From: Patescibacteria group bacterium
GTDB taxonomy: Bacteria; Patescibacteriota; CPR2; UBA1875
Direction: 5' to 3'
DNA length: 64,000 nt
Assembly (NCBI GenBank): GCA_041737595.1
Contig: JBGSRK010000009.1
Span: 56,360-120,359, forward strand
A program made the translations under genes and the position numbers. Position 1 is the first letter of the stretch, and each line of letters starts with the position of its first letter. The notes below the pieces were generated by a model. That model did not search any database. It saw only the letters and a program-made list of their open reading frames with translations, and had not been told where the DNA came from. Of the stretch, positions 9,590 through 19,430 are shown in pieces.

Positions 9590-10606
9590 TTAAGAATAAT
9601 CCTTAATCAAAGATTTGATAATTTTAAATCTTTTTGTGTAATCTAGATAATATTGTTTGAGTTCTTTTGTGAGTTTACCATCTTTCTCATCATGATAAGC
9701 TTCAAAATATCTACCTTGATATCTTTTCTCAAGGGCATAATAAAACGACATTATTTTTTCTTCTTTATTAAGTTTTTTTATGGATTCATACCCATCAAAA
9801 AAAATTTCAATTTTTCTTTTACATGATTTTTTATTACCCCTTTTTAAGAGCACATGGAAAAACATCCCGATATCTTCTGAAACTACGCTATGTCTAGTAT
9901 CATCAAAATCAAAAATACCCGAAAGTTTATTGTGCAAAAATCTTAGATTCCCTTCATGCATATCAGAATGAATTTGAAGTGTTGGTAATTTCTTAATAAC
10001 TTTAGGATTAATAAATTTTTGGTAATAATTAATAATTGGTAGATATGAATGACTAATATCCTCATCTTTCACCTCTTGTTTTTTCCTCGCCGCATCAACC
10101 CACCAATTGTAATAGTTTAGGGCTCCATCTTTTTCTCGAATATATTTTGGTTTATAATTCAAGGTTAATTTATGAATTTTAGCCATCCATTTTGCTAAAT
10201 CTTTAATCTTTTCCTTATTAAACTTTTTGATTTTATCACCATATATATAATCAAAAAGGACAACAAAAAGATCATATTGACCCAATCTAATCTTAGTAAA
10301 TAACTTACCATTAGTAGTTTTATTAATATGAGCAACTAGTATTTTATGTTCAGACAAAAAGTTTAGAAAATTCAATTCATATAAAAGATGTTTTTTATCC
10401 CTAAAAACTCGACCATATTGTTTATCATTATAAATCCTAACTACATATTTCTTTTTGCTAATTTTAACTATTATATTAATATTTTCATAACCTTGTTCTA
10501 CTGGCGTAAAATTAAATTGAAAATCGCCAGAATAATAATTTTTTAAAATTTCATGTAATTTTTCTTTCGTTACTAAATGGCCGTATTTATCTTTGAATCT
10601 TTCCAT
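9590..10606 (-). CDS. APH/homoserine kinase type II-like phosphotransferase
   Basis: QGYEN, IHSDMHEGN, IFDFDD motifs. Confidence 0.85.
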   Translation of the reverse strand: MERFKDKYGHLVTKEKLHEILKNYYSGDFQFNFTPVEQGYENINIIVKISKKKYVVRIYNDKQYGRVFRDKKHLLYELNFLNFLSEHKILVAHINKTTNGKLFTKIRLGQYDLFVVLFDYIYGDKIKKFNKEKIKDLAKWMAKIHKLTLNYKPKYIREKDGALNYYNWWVDAARKKQEVKDEDISHSYLPIINYYQKFINPKVIKKLPTLQIHSDMHEGNLRFLHNKLSGIFDFDDTRHSVVSEDIGMFFHVLLKRGNKKSCKRKIEIFFDGYESIKKLNKEEKIMSFYYALEKRYQGRYFEAYHDEKDGKLTKELKQYYLDYTKRFKIIKSLIKDYS

Positions 10607-10708
10607 ATATAAATCTTATCACAAATAGAGCTTAGTAGATTAGCACTTCTGGTAATTAATATATATAGGTTGAAAATTATTGATTACCTTTAAAACATTT
10701 AATTTTGT

Positions 10709-11542
10709 ATGTATATTTTTTTTAGATTTTTCACTAGAGGTATGTCCCATTTCTTCGAATCTATAAAGCTTGCATTTTCTTGTAATAAGTCCTATAAACA
10801 GTCTATCAAACCATTAATCGAAAAAATTTATAACTGTATGTTTTTTAATCCAAAGAAGAAAAATGAATGGAAGTTTTGGGATTATAAAATGTCAAAAAAA
10901 GTTAGTGAAATTATTAAGGGAGGGGAATTTAAGGAAATAGAAGATCCGGTAGAAAAAAAGTTTTATTTTTGGTTATTAGAAGAATTGTCTAATGATATTA
11001 ACTTTAATAAATTAAACACCCTTGAGTTAGGTGCAGGTTCTGGAGCTTTTTCCTATTATTTACAGAAGCGCTTCAGATGCTCGGTTACACTTTTAGATAA
11101 TAGTAAAAATGCCATTAAATACGCAAAGTTACTAAACTATAGAGCAAAAATATTAGAAAAAGATGCTCGGCAGTCATTTGGTATCAGTAAATATAATTTT
11201 ATTCATACAACTGGGTTACTTGAACACCTTAATGACAAAGATATAAAACAAATAATCAAAAACATTAAGCGAGCCTTAAAACCTAATGGTATAGCCTTCT
11301 TAGCAGTCCCAAATTATTTTAGCCCAGCATTAATAACACTATGGAAAATTCACGGCAAGGGTTCAGAAAGGTATATAACAATAAGAGATCTTAAAAAATA
11401 TATAAAATCTTATGGATTTAACTTGATTGCAGCTCGTCATTCGTATTTTAGTTTTGAAAAGATAACAAGATATATCTGGTTGGAGAAAATAATAGGTAGA
11501 CTCGGTCTAGGCTTTTTAAATTATATTATTGTACAAAAATGA
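10709..11542 (+). CDS. class I SAM-dependent methyltransferase
   Basis: LELGAGSG, LLDNS, GLLEHL, LKPNG; start uncertain. Confidence 0.85.
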   Translation: MYIFFRFFTRGMSHFFESIKLAFSCNKSYKQSIKPLIEKIYNCMFFNPKKKNEWKFWDYKMSKKVSEIIKGGEFKEIEDPVEKKFYFWLLEELSNDINFNKLNTLELGAGSGAFSYYLQKRFRCSVTLLDNSKNAIKYAKLLNYRAKILEKDARQSFGISKYNFIHTTGLLEHLNDKDIKQIIKNIKRALKPNGIAFLAVPNYFSPALITLWKIHGKGSERYITIRDLKKYIKSYGFNLIAARHSYFSFEKITRYIWLEKIIGRLGLGFLNYIIVQK

Positions 11543-11819
11543 AAACCAATAACGAACATTCAAATTATTAAAAACTTATATCTTGGTTACCAATTTATAA
11601 TTTTTAAGGTTGAAAAATAATATAATGAGTTAGTTTATTTGTATTATTTGTAATTTTAGTTTAAAAGGAGAATTATTATATGACTAGATAAAAAATAATT
11701 TCTGAAATGTTTATTACTAACCAAAAGATTAAAATGGCTATTTAATATATTATAGATTCTTATTGAATTTATTACGATTATGGCTTATTATTAATGAAAT
11801 ATTAAAAAAAGGAAAAATC

Positions 11820-12836
11820 ATGTATATATATAATAAAAAATATTTCATTGTTACACTGGTTGTATTGGCTTTATTCCTAATTACATGTATCGTATTTAAT
11901 ATTTATATGCCAAAAAAACAGACATCTAAAACAAAAATTAGAATTGGTTGGCAAACTCCTTGGGCTATTCAAGGACAAATAGCTCAAAGTTTAAAAAATA
12001 CTGATTATTTATCAAAAAATAATCTAGAACCAGAGTTTACTGGTTTTGATTCTGGTGCTCCTCTTAATGAGGCTGCGTTAGCAGGTAAAGTAGATGTTAT
12101 ATTTACTGCGGATCAACCAGCCGCTACATTATTATCTAAAAGCAGTGACTGGGTAATTGTTTCGCGATTGATGTATAATAGGGTTTCTCTGTATGTACCA
12201 CCAAAATCAAGTATTTTAAGCATATCTGATTTAAAAGGGAAAACAGTTGGTATGCCATTTGGGGCAGCGGCACAGAGAATGGCTTATAAAGCAGAACAAG
12301 ATATGGGGCTAAAACCAGGCATAGATGTGAAAAATGTAAACCTGGGAATCTATGAACAAAGTGATTTGGTAAAAAATTCTGAAGCAACTAATTGGGGCAA
12401 CTTTGATGCCTTAGCAGGTTTTGATCCGACCCCAGCTGTATTTGAAGATAAGGGACTTATAAAGATGCTTAAAACCGATACTGTTATTTCACTAGTACTT
12501 GTAAACAAAAAATATATTTCTGAAAATACTGACTCAGTTCGTAGTTTTCTAAAATCACTTAAGTCTAGTTATCTATTTTATGCACAAAATCAGGAAAAAG
12601 CTAACAAATGGTTTAAGGATGCTTCTAGACTAAATATCTCGGATAATGCACTAAAAATTTCTGCCTCTGTTGAACCAAACTTAAAAGCAAAAAAAGAAAA
12701 AGATATAATACTTAATTTAAATGATAATGATTATAAAATAATGCAGGAAGCTGCAGACTTTTTATTCAATAATGGTTTAATAAAAACTAAGGTTGATATG
12801 CGAGCTAATGTGAATTTAGATTATCTTACAAAGTAA
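11820..12836 (+). CDS. ABC importer substrate-binding protein (SsuA/TauA/NMT1-like)
   Basis: N-terminal TM anchor, IRIGWQ, FDSGAPLNEA, DLKGKTVG. Confidence 0.85.
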   Translation: MYIYNKKYFIVTLVVLALFLITCIVFNIYMPKKQTSKTKIRIGWQTPWAIQGQIAQSLKNTDYLSKNNLEPEFTGFDSGAPLNEAALAGKVDVIFTADQPAATLLSKSSDWVIVSRLMYNRVSLYVPPKSSILSISDLKGKTVGMPFGAAAQRMAYKAEQDMGLKPGIDVKNVNLGIYEQSDLVKNSEATNWGNFDALAGFDPTPAVFEDKGLIKMLKTDTVISLVLVNKKYISENTDSVRSFLKSLKSSYLFYAQNQEKANKWFKDASRLNISDNALKISASVEPNLKAKKEKDIILNLNDNDYKIMQEAADFLFNNGLIKTKVDMRANVNLDYLTK

Positions 12837-13954
12837 TGAAAAATATCCTACTTATTTCTATTGATTCTGTAAGAGCAGATGTAGCATATAATAGCAATCT
12901 ACCTACATTAGATAATTTAGCAGCCGATGGTATAAAATACATTAATTGTATTTCCTCCTCTCCTCTTACCCCAGTTAGTCATGCGACTGTTTTGACTGGT
13001 TTACAACCATTTAACCACGGTGTCAGACATCTTTTTAAGGAAAAAATGAATGACAAAAGACCAACATTAGCAGAAATACTGAAATTAAATGGATATAAAA
13101 CAAGAGCCATTGTCTCTTGTCCAGGGATGAATAGTTGGTACGGATTTTCTCGTGGTTTTGATATATACGATGATGAAATCCCAAAATTAACAGACGGTTC
13201 TGATGCTCTACTTACTGTTGATGTTGAAAAAAGAGGGTTAGCAATGAAAAGAGCGAAAGACGTAGTTGATAGGGCTATTTCACATATAGATGAGTTAGAT
13301 AACAACTTCTTTCTTTTTGTTCACTTTTTCGATGCGCACTGGCCTTACAACCCTCCTAAAAAATATGGTGGAAAAAATAAATACGAAGAGGAAGTATTTT
13401 ATACTGATCATCATTTAGGTAGACTTATTAATCACCTTAAAGAGATTAATAAGTATAAAGATACTACTATTATATTATTCTCTGACCACGGGGAAGATCT
13501 TGGCGGATGGTATCCGAACGATAAAGCAGGAGATAAATATGGTAATCCAGACGAAAAAGGTCATGGTACACTACTATATGATCAGACCATAATGACTGTT
13601 CTTATTATAAAAGACTCACGAATTAAAAAAAATCAGACTGTAATAGACCAAGTCAGGCTTGTTGATATTATGCCAACAATCTTAGATTTACTAGATATAA
13701 AAACTGATAATCAGTTTGATGGATTTAACCTTTTAAAGACAACTGAAGAGGAGGGAAAACAGCTACTAGGCTATTCTGAGACTTTTTTCCCTGAAGAAAT
13801 CAAAAGTGGTATTAGTAGAAAAAAATCATTCCGTTTAAATAATACTTATAAAGTCATTATTGGGTTAGATAATGATGCAATTGAGTTTTATAACTTAATT
13901 GCTGACCCAAACGAGCAAAACAACATGTTTAAAACAATTGACAAAAATGCATAA
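12836..13954 (+). CDS. sulfatase-like hydrolase (alkaline phosphatase superfamily)
   Basis: NILLISIDSVRAD, PLTPVSHATVLTG, HFFDAHWPY, SDHGE, YNLIADPNEQNN. Confidence 0.88.
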   Translation: MKNILLISIDSVRADVAYNSNLPTLDNLAADGIKYINCISSSPLTPVSHATVLTGLQPFNHGVRHLFKEKMNDKRPTLAEILKLNGYKTRAIVSCPGMNSWYGFSRGFDIYDDEIPKLTDGSDALLTVDVEKRGLAMKRAKDVVDRAISHIDELDNNFFLFVHFFDAHWPYNPPKKYGGKNKYEEEVFYTDHHLGRLINHLKEINKYKDTTIILFSDHGEDLGGWYPNDKAGDKYGNPDEKGHGTLLYDQTIMTVLIIKDSRIKKNQTVIDQVRLVDIMPTILDLLDIKTDNQFDGFNLLKTTEEEGKQLLGYSETFFPEEIKSGISRKKSFRLNNTYKVIIGLDNDAIEFYNLIADPNEQNNMFKTIDKNA

Positions 13955-13966
13955 GTTTGGTAGAAT
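13938..13966 (+). promoter_or_regulatory. near-consensus sigma70 promoter for hisS
   Basis: TTGACA-17 nt-TAGAAT with extended TGn, overlapping the end of the sulfatase gene. Confidence 0.75.
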
Positions 13967-14021
13967 ATGCCCTACGAAGGCTCAGTGGGCTTTCGGGCCC
14001 CTTAAAAAGGAGAAGATTTAG

Positions 14022-15323
14022 ATGAATAAGAAAAGAGCAGGACTCCTTAGTGGGTTCTTGGATTTCCTTCCCGAGGTAGAGCTCATGAGAGAGGCCATGA
14101 TCGATAAGGTTACTGGCGTCTTCAAGCTCTATGGGTATGGTCCCCAAGATACTCCCTGTCTGGAGTACGCCGAGACCTTGTTAGACAAGTATGGTGAGAA
14201 CCAGAAGCTTGTCTACGAGTTCGAGGACAATGGTGGGCGAAAGGTTGCCCTGAGGTATGACCTGACCGTTCCGCTTTCACGTGTGGTGCCGTCCTATCCA
14301 AGTAAGATCAAGCTTCCATTCAAGCGCTACCAAGTAGGCAAGGTGTGGCGAGCAGATCGTCCTGGTAAAGGACGTTTTCGCGAATTCATACAAGTAGATG
14401 CTGACACAATCGGCACGTCCTCGCCGCAGCTCGATTCTGAGCTTGTCATGGTTACACTTGATGTCATCGCCGCACTGAAGCTCACAGCATATGTGAGGAT
14501 CAACGATAAACGGATCCTCGACGCTCTGAGCAAAACATGTGGTCTGACCGAAGAGCAGAAGATACTTGTACTGCGCTCAATTGACAAGCTGGATAAGATC
14601 GGTCAAGACGCTGTAGTTGTCGAGATTAGCAAGATTGGCCTCGATGCTGAGAAGCTAGATATCGTACAGCAGTATCTCGGCATCAACGGGATACCCCGTG
14701 AAGTCATCACCAGTCTTCGCGACTTGCTTCAGCCGTGTACTGAGCTTGACGAGGGATGCAAAGTTCTCGAGACAGTATTCGAAACCGTCTTTGCGCTTGG
14801 CTACGATGCCAAGTCTCTGCGTATCGATCCATGTATCGCCCGAGGCCTCGACTACTACACGGGAGTCATCTTCGAGACCATGCTGGTTGATAACCCAGAA
14901 TTCGGGAGTATCTGTTCCGGCGGACGTTACGACTCGATCGTCAAGGATGGCAATGGCAGAGTTTTGCCGGCGGCCGGTGTTTCAATCGGCCTAGATAGAC
15001 TCTTTGCGGCCATGCTTGATCGGGATCAGCTTCCCAATGCGGAAGCAGTTGCGAGAGTCCTCATTACAAACATGGGAGACTCTACTGCTCGGAAAGCAAC
15101 AGAGATCGCCTCGTCACTCAGACGCGCCGGTATCTCTGTGCTTTACTACCCAGAAAAGGCCAAGCTCGCAAAACAGCTTGGCTACGCATCCGACCTTAAG
15201 ATCCCTTGGGCCCTTATCGTAGGTCCCGAAGAGATCGAAGCCGGTATGTACACCATCCGTTCTATGGTAGACCGTCAGCAGACAACCGTACCCCAGGATC
15301 AAATCATCAAATCACTCCGCTAG
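14022..15323 (+). CDS. hisS: histidine--tRNA ligase (GC-rich gene)
   Basis: LRYDLTVP, motif 2 WRADRPGKGRFREFIQ, HisA RGLDYYTG, HisB GGRYD, motif 3 GVSIGLDRL, C-terminal anticodon-binding domain. Confidence 0.95.
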   Translation: MNKKRAGLLSGFLDFLPEVELMREAMIDKVTGVFKLYGYGPQDTPCLEYAETLLDKYGENQKLVYEFEDNGGRKVALRYDLTVPLSRVVPSYPSKIKLPFKRYQVGKVWRADRPGKGRFREFIQVDADTIGTSSPQLDSELVMVTLDVIAALKLTAYVRINDKRILDALSKTCGLTEEQKILVLRSIDKLDKIGQDAVVVEISKIGLDAEKLDIVQQYLGINGIPREVITSLRDLLQPCTELDEGCKVLETVFETVFALGYDAKSLRIDPCIARGLDYYTGVIFETMLVDNPEFGSICSGGRYDSIVKDGNGRVLPAAGVSIGLDRLFAAMLDRDQLPNAEAVARVLITNMGDSTARKATEIASSLRRAGISVLYYPEKAKLAKQLGYASDLKIPWALIVGPEEIEAGMYTIRSMVDRQQTTVPQDQIIKSLR

Positions 15324-15356
15324 ATCAGTGGGGCGGCTTCGCCGCCCCACTGATCT
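15322..15356 (+). terminator. perfect 16-bp GC-rich hairpin after hisS
   Basis: AGATCAGTGGGGCGGC-TTC-GCCGCCCCACTGATCT; weak U tract. Confidence 0.7.
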
Positions 15357-15373
15357 CAATCTTTTAAACGAAA

Positions 15374-16009
15374 ATGATTATTTTAAATAACATATTAACA
15401 TTATTTATTACAGATGGACTTGCCAGCCTTAGTCGGGTTTTTGTCGGTTTTTTTATTGCTATTATTCTAGGGGTAGGGCTAGGTACTATTACTTTTTATA
15501 TAAAAGGGTATAGAAATATACTAAAATTAATTGCAGAATTTCTTAAGTCAATTCCACCCATAGCATGGATTCCTATTACTATTATGTTTTTAGGGCTTGG
15601 TTCGCAATCTGCGATATTTATAGTCTTTTTAGGTGGTTTCTTCCCTATTTTTCTTAATACAGCTTACGGCGTAACTTCAATGCCAAAAAAATATACTGAA
15701 ATATCAAAAAATTTCGGAGTAAATGGAGTATATTTTTATCATAAAATTCTCTTAGGCTATCTCATGCCATATATATTAACAGGGCTAAAAATAGGGATAG
15801 GGATTGCCTGGACAAGTGTAATTGCCTCTGAAATGATAGGAGTTCAAAGTGGTCTTGGCTATTATATTCAGATAAACAGACTTTTACTTAATACCCAGGA
15901 GGTAGTTACTGGCATGGTAATGATAGGCGTAATTGGTTACGGAATGACAAAGTTTGTTGAGAAAATTGAGAAGAAGTACTTAGTTTGGCAAGAGGCAAAG
16001 AATGCTTAG
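15374..16009 (+). CDS. ABC importer permease (SsuC/TauC-like)
   Basis: SLSRVFVG, SIPPIAWIP, VIASEM, GLGY. Confidence 0.9.
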   Translation: MIILNNILTLFITDGLASLSRVFVGFFIAIILGVGLGTITFYIKGYRNILKLIAEFLKSIPPIAWIPITIMFLGLGSQSAIFIVFLGGFFPIFLNTAYGVTSMPKKYTEISKNFGVNGVYFYHKILLGYLMPYILTGLKIGIGIAWTSVIASEMIGVQSGLGYYIQINRLLLNTQEVVTGMVMIGVIGYGMTKFVEKIEKKYLVWQEAKNA

Positions 16010-16688
16010 ATTGGATAATGTTATTTTTAATAGAGGCGGCAAAAGAATACTTGAAAATATCAACATTCATATCAAAAAATCTGAAGTTGTGAGCATACTT
16101 GGACCATCGGGGATAGGGAAAACTACTCTTGCAAAGATTATGTCAGGTTTACTGAATCCTATTTCTGGTTCAGTATTTTTAGAGGGGAATATTCTGAAAA
16201 CCCCTGTACCAACACTAGTATTATCTCACCAAGAATCAGATTTGTTTGATTGGTTGACGGTTGAGGAAAATGTAGGGTTAGTAGGTGGCAAGAAAAACGC
16301 AGAAAAATGGCTTAATATATTTGGTCTGGTTGAATACCGTAATAACTATCCAAAAACCCTCTCAGGTGGTATGAAAAAAAAAGTTTCACTAGCTAGAGCC
16401 GCAAGTGTAAATCCTTCTGTAATAATTTTAGACGAGCCGTTCTCTTCACTGGATGAAAAACAAAAAATAAAGTATTATAAAGAATTTAAAAATTTAGCAA
16501 ATCAAGAAGGAGTTGCAATTATTGTTGTGACTCACGACATAAACGAAGCATATAATTTTTCAAACAGAATTATTTTTCTAGGTGGCAACCCTGCGACTAT
16601 AATAGATGAAAAAATTCCGACCGGGGAAGAAAGTTCAAGTGAAAAAAGAGATTTAGTACTAAAAAATCTTGAGTCGATAGGAAAATGA
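16002..16688 (+). CDS. ABC importer ATP-binding protein (SsuB/TauB-like)
   Basis: GPSGIGKT, LSGGMK, LDEPFSSLD, VTHD. Confidence 0.92.
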   Translation: MLRLDNVIFNRGGKRILENINIHIKKSEVVSILGPSGIGKTTLAKIMSGLLNPISGSVFLEGNILKTPVPTLVLSHQESDLFDWLTVEENVGLVGGKKNAEKWLNIFGLVEYRNNYPKTLSGGMKKKVSLARAASVNPSVIILDEPFSSLDEKQKIKYYKEFKNLANQEGVAIIVVTHDINEAYNFSNRIIFLGGNPATIIDEKIPTGEESSSEKRDLVLKNLESIGK

Positions 16689-16691
16689 AAG

Positions 16692-18032
16692 ATGAAATAT
16701 TTAAAAACCGTACTCCCGATGGAAATAAATGAAATCCCAAAGGCAGCTTCGCTTTTAATATCAAGAGCAAGAGATTTTGAAGTCTTACTATTTTCTGAGG
16801 CAGGGAGCTGGCCTATTAAATATATTTGGGAAAAGATGGCTGCAAAAGATAATAATTATAATAAAGTATTTTTTTCATCAAAAATTACTTCATTTTCAAA
16901 AAGTCCACTAGCTAATCAATTGTGTGGACTGCTAACAATTACTGAAAGAAAATCAAAGCTTTCTCAAAAGAAAAAAAATAAGATTGCTACACTTTTAAAT
17001 TCATTTAATGATGAATTTAAAGGTAAAATAACAAATCAGTTACTTAATCAAAATGTAGAAAAAATTATACATTATATTTCTTCAATGGGGCTTATAATCC
17101 CTAGTGAAGAAGGGTTGATAAAACAAAATAAATGTTTTGATAATAATATATCCACACTTAGTAAAAATTTTATTGATTTTAAAAAAAAATCAGTATCATA
17201 CATTCTTTCTGATCTCCCAAATATTAAACATGAAGTTAGGCCTATACTGCAGATAATTTTATCAGATACTAAATTTGGTAAAGCAATAAAGTCACGAAAA
17301 GTTTATGTATTTGATGAGATAATAAGTCGTGGGAGGACTATCAATTCTATAGAAGTGATTATAAATTCATTTTCATCCACAACGGATTGGGTTATGGGAG
17401 TTGTCTATTGCCCAAAGTTTTATGTTGGAAGTAAAATTGATTTTGTTTATAGCGATAAAAAGGCATTACCTACGTCAAATCGACCAGATATGATTGGAGA
17501 AGTGACTTATGAGACTGTATTTGCTTTTGAAACTAAATCACTTACGAATATTTTGCCTAATACAAGAGTAAAAAATGAAGACGATATAAGTATTTATAAC
17601 AGTGAAATTGCAAAGTTTAATAGTCGATATTTCCCAAAGCTTAAAATGTTAAATAAGACATCTTTTCGAGCTCTTTTAAACTTATACTTTATGGCTGACG
17701 ATAAGGATATATTTGAAAAGTGCCTTCATCTTAATTTAGTTGAATCAGTAAGCCTTTTAGAAGAAATCGCTTTTTATATAACAATGCCATTTCCACTTTC
17801 AGATATTATAAAACGAAATAAGTTTAAAAAAGAATCACGGCAAGTATTAAAAAAATTAGAATGCTCAATAACTAATTCTGATTTTTCTGATAACCTTAAC
17901 AAGCTAAAAATAAAGTACTATGCTATTAGAAGTATAATTATTAAGAGTGAAATAGCTTCCTGGATAAAAACAAATACTAAAGTAATAAGGGAGTTAGACT
18001 TAGTACTGGAGGAGGTTTTTAATGGAAAATAG
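16692..18032 (+). CDS. hypothetical protein with a type I phosphoribosyltransferase-like motif
   Basis: VYVFDEIISRGRTI resembles the PRPP-binding loop hhhhDDhhxxGxT. Confidence 0.5.
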   Translation: MKYLKTVLPMEINEIPKAASLLISRARDFEVLLFSEAGSWPIKYIWEKMAAKDNNYNKVFFSSKITSFSKSPLANQLCGLLTITERKSKLSQKKKNKIATLLNSFNDEFKGKITNQLLNQNVEKIIHYISSMGLIIPSEEGLIKQNKCFDNNISTLSKNFIDFKKKSVSYILSDLPNIKHEVRPILQIILSDTKFGKAIKSRKVYVFDEIISRGRTINSIEVIINSFSSTTDWVMGVVYCPKFYVGSKIDFVYSDKKALPTSNRPDMIGEVTYETVFAFETKSLTNILPNTRVKNEDDISIYNSEIAKFNSRYFPKLKMLNKTSFRALLNLYFMADDKDIFEKCLHLNLVESVSLLEEIAFYITMPFPLSDIIKRNKFKKESRQVLKKLECSITNSDFSDNLNKLKIKYYAIRSIIIKSEIASWIKTNTKVIRELDLVLEEVFNGK

Positions 18033-19419
18033 CTATAAACATATTATTCTTATTTCTATTGATACTTTACGAGCAGACTGTATTACTGCAGTCGAAACTA
18101 GTGATTTTATAAAAAAATATGGTCCAAAAAATTTTTCTACAAAATCACTAAATAATATTGTGAAAAAAGGTACTTTTTTCACAAACTGTATCTCGGCAGC
18201 ACCATATACAACAGCTTCACATGCAGCCTATTTTACTGGTTGTTGGCCTAAAAATAACGGAGTTTATGAATTCTTTAACCAAAAATTAAAGAAACCTACT
18301 ATATTTGAATTTGCAAAAAATAACCAATATAGAACTATATTTCAAACTGACTTTCCTATTATTCTAGGTGAAACACTTGGGTTTACTAAGGATGTTGATG
18401 ATTATTTTATTGAGGATGAAATATCAGCTTTTGACAAATTAAAAAATTCAACAAAAAAAACTGTTTCTTTTTTCCATTTTGGTGGTGTTCATTATCCATA
18501 TGGGTTTCATAAACTAAAGTTTGCTGGAAAGGATTATATCCATAAAGTTGAAAGTCTAGAAAAAGAATTATCCGTTAGTAGTAAAGACAAATTAGACGAT
18601 ATATTAGTAGAAAGCTATTATAATAACAAAGATAGAGAGCTACTTTCCAGATATAAAAGGATAGTCGACAAACTTTACAGAGAAAAAAAATATAATCGAC
18701 TGAAGAATCTATATATTGAGGGAATAGATTATTTTATGGAAAATCGGTTCAATAGCTTTATAAAAAAAATAGTTGATTTTACCGACAGCACTGGTAGTTT
18801 ACTAGTTATCTTTGCTGACCATGGGGAAGAATGGGATGATTTATCGCGCGGACATGCAAATTCCATCTCTGACACTGTTCTTCGAGTCCCTCTTATATTC
18901 TATGGGAAGGGTATCCCAAAAGGCGTAATAAATGATAGTTTAGTTAGAACAATCGATCTTCTCCCTACTATTTCGAATTTATTTAACATAGAAACCCCTC
19001 AATTAGATGGCGTAGCCATGAAATTTACAAAAGAAAAGAAAAATACAAACAATATGGCAATTTCTCAGGTTTGGAGATTAGGAGATAAGGATAAAATAGC
19101 AAAACACCAACAAATGATGATTAACAAAGAAAAGGTGGCGCCCCTACAGACTCTCTTAGAAAAAGAATCAATATATTTCAAAAATGTAGCATTTAAAAGA
19201 ATATACAACAAAGAAGGAACAACTATTTCTGAAAAAACATATTATAATAATGGAAAACAACTTATAAATTCAGTTGATACACAAAATGAAGAGTTAATAA
19301 TAATGAAAAATCTACTTGAGAAATATAATTCAAAAGGATTTCGAAAAGTTGAGGCGGCAATTAGTTTACCTAAAAGACTTATTAAAGAGCTTCGCATGCA
19401 GGGCTATAAAATAAAATAA
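18022..19419 (+). CDS. second sulfatase-like hydrolase
   Basis: HIILISIDTLRAD, PYTTASHAAYFTG, HYPY, ADHGEE, RVPLI, LVRTIDLLPT, C-terminal LRMQGY. Confidence 0.85.
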   Translation: MENSYKHIILISIDTLRADCITAVETSDFIKKYGPKNFSTKSLNNIVKKGTFFTNCISAAPYTTASHAAYFTGCWPKNNGVYEFFNQKLKKPTIFEFAKNNQYRTIFQTDFPIILGETLGFTKDVDDYFIEDEISAFDKLKNSTKKTVSFFHFGGVHYPYGFHKLKFAGKDYIHKVESLEKELSVSSKDKLDDILVESYYNNKDRELLSRYKRIVDKLYREKKYNRLKNLYIEGIDYFMENRFNSFIKKIVDFTDSTGSLLVIFADHGEEWDDLSRGHANSISDTVLRVPLIFYGKGIPKGVINDSLVRTIDLLPTISNLFNIETPQLDGVAMKFTKEKKNTNNMAISQVWRLGDKDKIAKHQQMMINKEKVAPLQTLLEKESIYFKNVAFKRIYNKEGTTISEKTYYNNGKQLINSVDTQNEELIIMKNLLEKYNSKGFRKVEAAISLPKRLIKELRMQGYKIK

Positions 19420-19430
19420 AGGAGAATATT

